IMG/VR virus record: IMGVR_UViG_3300048858_000142
Coordinates: 1-37,594 of that record
Reading direction: 5' to 3' (one strand)
DNA from: a virus
Lineage: Duplodnaviria; Caudoviricetes
DNA: 37,594 nt
Shown here piece after piece: positions 36,308 to 37,594 of the stretch. The notes beneath the pieces were generated by a model, which searched no databases, was not told where the DNA came from, and saw only the letters and a list, made by a program, of their open reading frames with translations. Each line of letters starts with the position of its first letter. Positions within the stretch are counted from its first letter, which is position 1. Position numbers and translations under genes: made by a program.

Positions 36308-36610
36308 TCCCGCTCCTCGAAAGGGGCCTCAGCCGTCACGGCCCGCTGCCGGTCCGCGATCTCCTGCGCTGACCCCCTGAGCCAGTCGCCGCGCTCCATG
36401 GAGAGCAAAGCCAGCATGTCCTGCACCGCGCGGTCCGCGCTGGCGGGGGTCGCCCCCGGCCGTCACATAGGCTGCAACGGTCAGGCGCAGGCGTTCGGCC
36501 TGGTCGATCACCTGGCCGGCTGCCTCACGGTAGTTCGTGCCCACCACCCGCAGCAGATCCACGGGCCAGGACGAGCAGGGCGCTGGGCGGTAGAGGTGGT
36601 CGCAGCTCAC
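36304..36610 (-). pseudogene. Frameshifted hypothetical gene (MSCDHLYRPA...)
   Basis: Removing one base at the G5 run 36445-36449 gives DPASADRAVQDMLALLSMERGDWLRGSAQEIADRQRAVTAEAPFEERE ending in an ATGA overlap with the next gene. Confidence 0.55.
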
Positions 36611-37054
36611 GGCCGCTCCGACGCCTTCCTGTTCAGGAGCTGTAGATGCTCTTCAAGGACACGAACCTTGCTGGTCGCCCACTGGATGTCCGCGTCGTAC
36701 TTGAGCCTGCGGGGATCATCGTCAGGATAGCGAGAGAACCGGTCATGCTCCGACTGCAGTTTAGCGCGCGCAGCCACAAGCTTTGCCTCTAGCTGCACCC
36801 TCGGCCTTCGTCGGTCAGCACCCGGGATGCCCTGGTAGGCATCTGCCGCAGCCCTAGCAAGCGCCGAGACTTCATCCTTAGTCTGACGGCGTGGACCCGA
36901 TATCTTCCTGTCGTCGCTCACTTGCGGCCCCTGAATTCGAGGATTGGGCTCATCTCCGAAGCCGAGACGGCACAGCGGCGCGCCCGATGATGCACTACAC
37001 CTCGATCCGCCCACGGGAAGCAGTGCGCTGGGCGGTAGAGGTGGTCCCATCTCA
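36574..37054. repeat. 36-bp direct repeat pair
   Basis: 36574-36609 vs 37019-37054, 3 mismatches, 22-bp perfect core GCGCTGGGCGGTAGAGGTGGTC. Confidence 0.85.
36607..36921 (-). CDS. Hypothetical coiled-coil protein between the direct repeats
   Basis: GTG 36921 with GTGA overlaps at both ends; helical charged sequence. Confidence 0.5.
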   Translation of the reverse strand: MSDDRKISGPRRQTKDEVSALARAAADAYQGIPGADRRRPRVQLEAKLVAARAKLQSEHDRFSRYPDDDPRRLKYDADIQWATSKVRVLEEHLQLLNRKASERP

Positions 37055-37142
37055 TGCCGGCTTCTCAGCCTTCGGCACCCGCCCCGTCACCTCAGCGAAG
37101 GCCGGCGCCTGGGCCAGCAGCATGCGCCGGCCGTTTCTTGTG

Positions 37143-37412
37143 TCAGTCCTTGTCCGCGCCGCGCCTCTTCGCCTTGAGATCTTGCACGGCGGCCCTGTAA
37201 CCGTGTCCGTCCATCAGCAGATGGTTCGAGCCTTCCTTGAAGAGGCCGAGCACCCTAAGCAGGACAGACGTATCCATATCCACACCGGCGGCTATCGCGG
37301 CTTCGCTGGTGTCGAAGTCTTCGTTGTGATCCGAATTTGTGACCTTGTCGGACGATGAGCCGCCAAGGAAGCTGCCCATGCTTCGGCGGATGACCTTCTT
37401 CTGCTGGTTCAT
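37143..37412 (-). CDS. Hypothetical protein
   Basis: ATGA overlap with the upstream ORF; no recognisable motif. Confidence 0.4.
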   Translation of the reverse strand: MNQQKKVIRRSMGSFLGGSSSDKVTNSDHNEDFDTSEAAIAAGVDMDTSVLLRVLGLFKEGSNHLLMDGHGYRAAVQDLKAKRRGADKD

Positions 37413-37594
37413 GCGAGTACCGGAGTTCCCAGGTGCTGGGCGAAGGCGTCGCGGGTGGCAGCCATGGCTCGGGCTGCATTCTCGGCGTGGCGACGGGCGG
37501 CCTTTTCGGTGCTCTCCACCTCATCGATCGCTTCGACTGCAGCCTCCGCGCTCTCGGCAAAGCCGTCGCGCATTTCCTCCAGCCACTCCTGGAC
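37409..37594 (-). CDS. Partial hypothetical protein (5' end beyond window)
   Basis: Open frame VQEWLEEMRDGFAESAEAAVEAIDEVESTEKAARRHAENAARAMAATRDAFAQHLGTPVLA ending at TGA 37409-37411. Confidence 0.6.
   Translation of the reverse strand, partial: VQEWLEEMRDGFAESAEAAVEAIDEVESTEKAARRHAENAARAMAATRDAFAQHLGTPVLA

Noticed and set aside
36574-37054. CRISPR array or att core
   Set aside because: Only two copies 445 bp apart, both coding gene starts; no cas or integrase.
1-37594. Window as a closed circle
   Set aside because: The last ORF lacks a start and would not gain one by joining to position 1; no terminal repeat seen.

Overview
GC-rich temperate phage/prophage region, probably from an alphaproteobacterium (Roseomonas/Acetobacteraceae-like; host is an inference). 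Left to right: immunity switch (short XRE repressor, divergent Cro, three 17-bp operator-like sites), CII-like regulator, RepB'-primase/PriCT-2/DUF3987 replication protein with an iteron-like origin, putative Q-like late regulator with a pR'/tR'-like promoter and terminator, a lambda-like cos site, a lambda-type head module (Nu1, gpA, gpW, portal, S49 protease/scaffold, decoration, gpE) and a Mu/SfV-type contractile tail (sheath, tube, frameshifting chaperone, tape measure, gpN, baseplate). Then a short tail fibre with a G9 tract, a beta-helix tailspike, two opposite-strand SGNH esterases (one with a Tat signal), and a lysis region with an apparently catalytically intact, signal-less PL1 pectate lyase between a holin-like gene and the endolysin. 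The right end has accessory genes (ClpX zinc-finger-HTH with tandem palindromic operators, Rmf/CrpP-like peptide), a three-copy inverted-repeat element and a leftward chain of small genes running off the window. No integrase, att site, tRNA, CRISPR or reverse transcriptase is visible. All family calls come from motif recognition by eye, not database searches.
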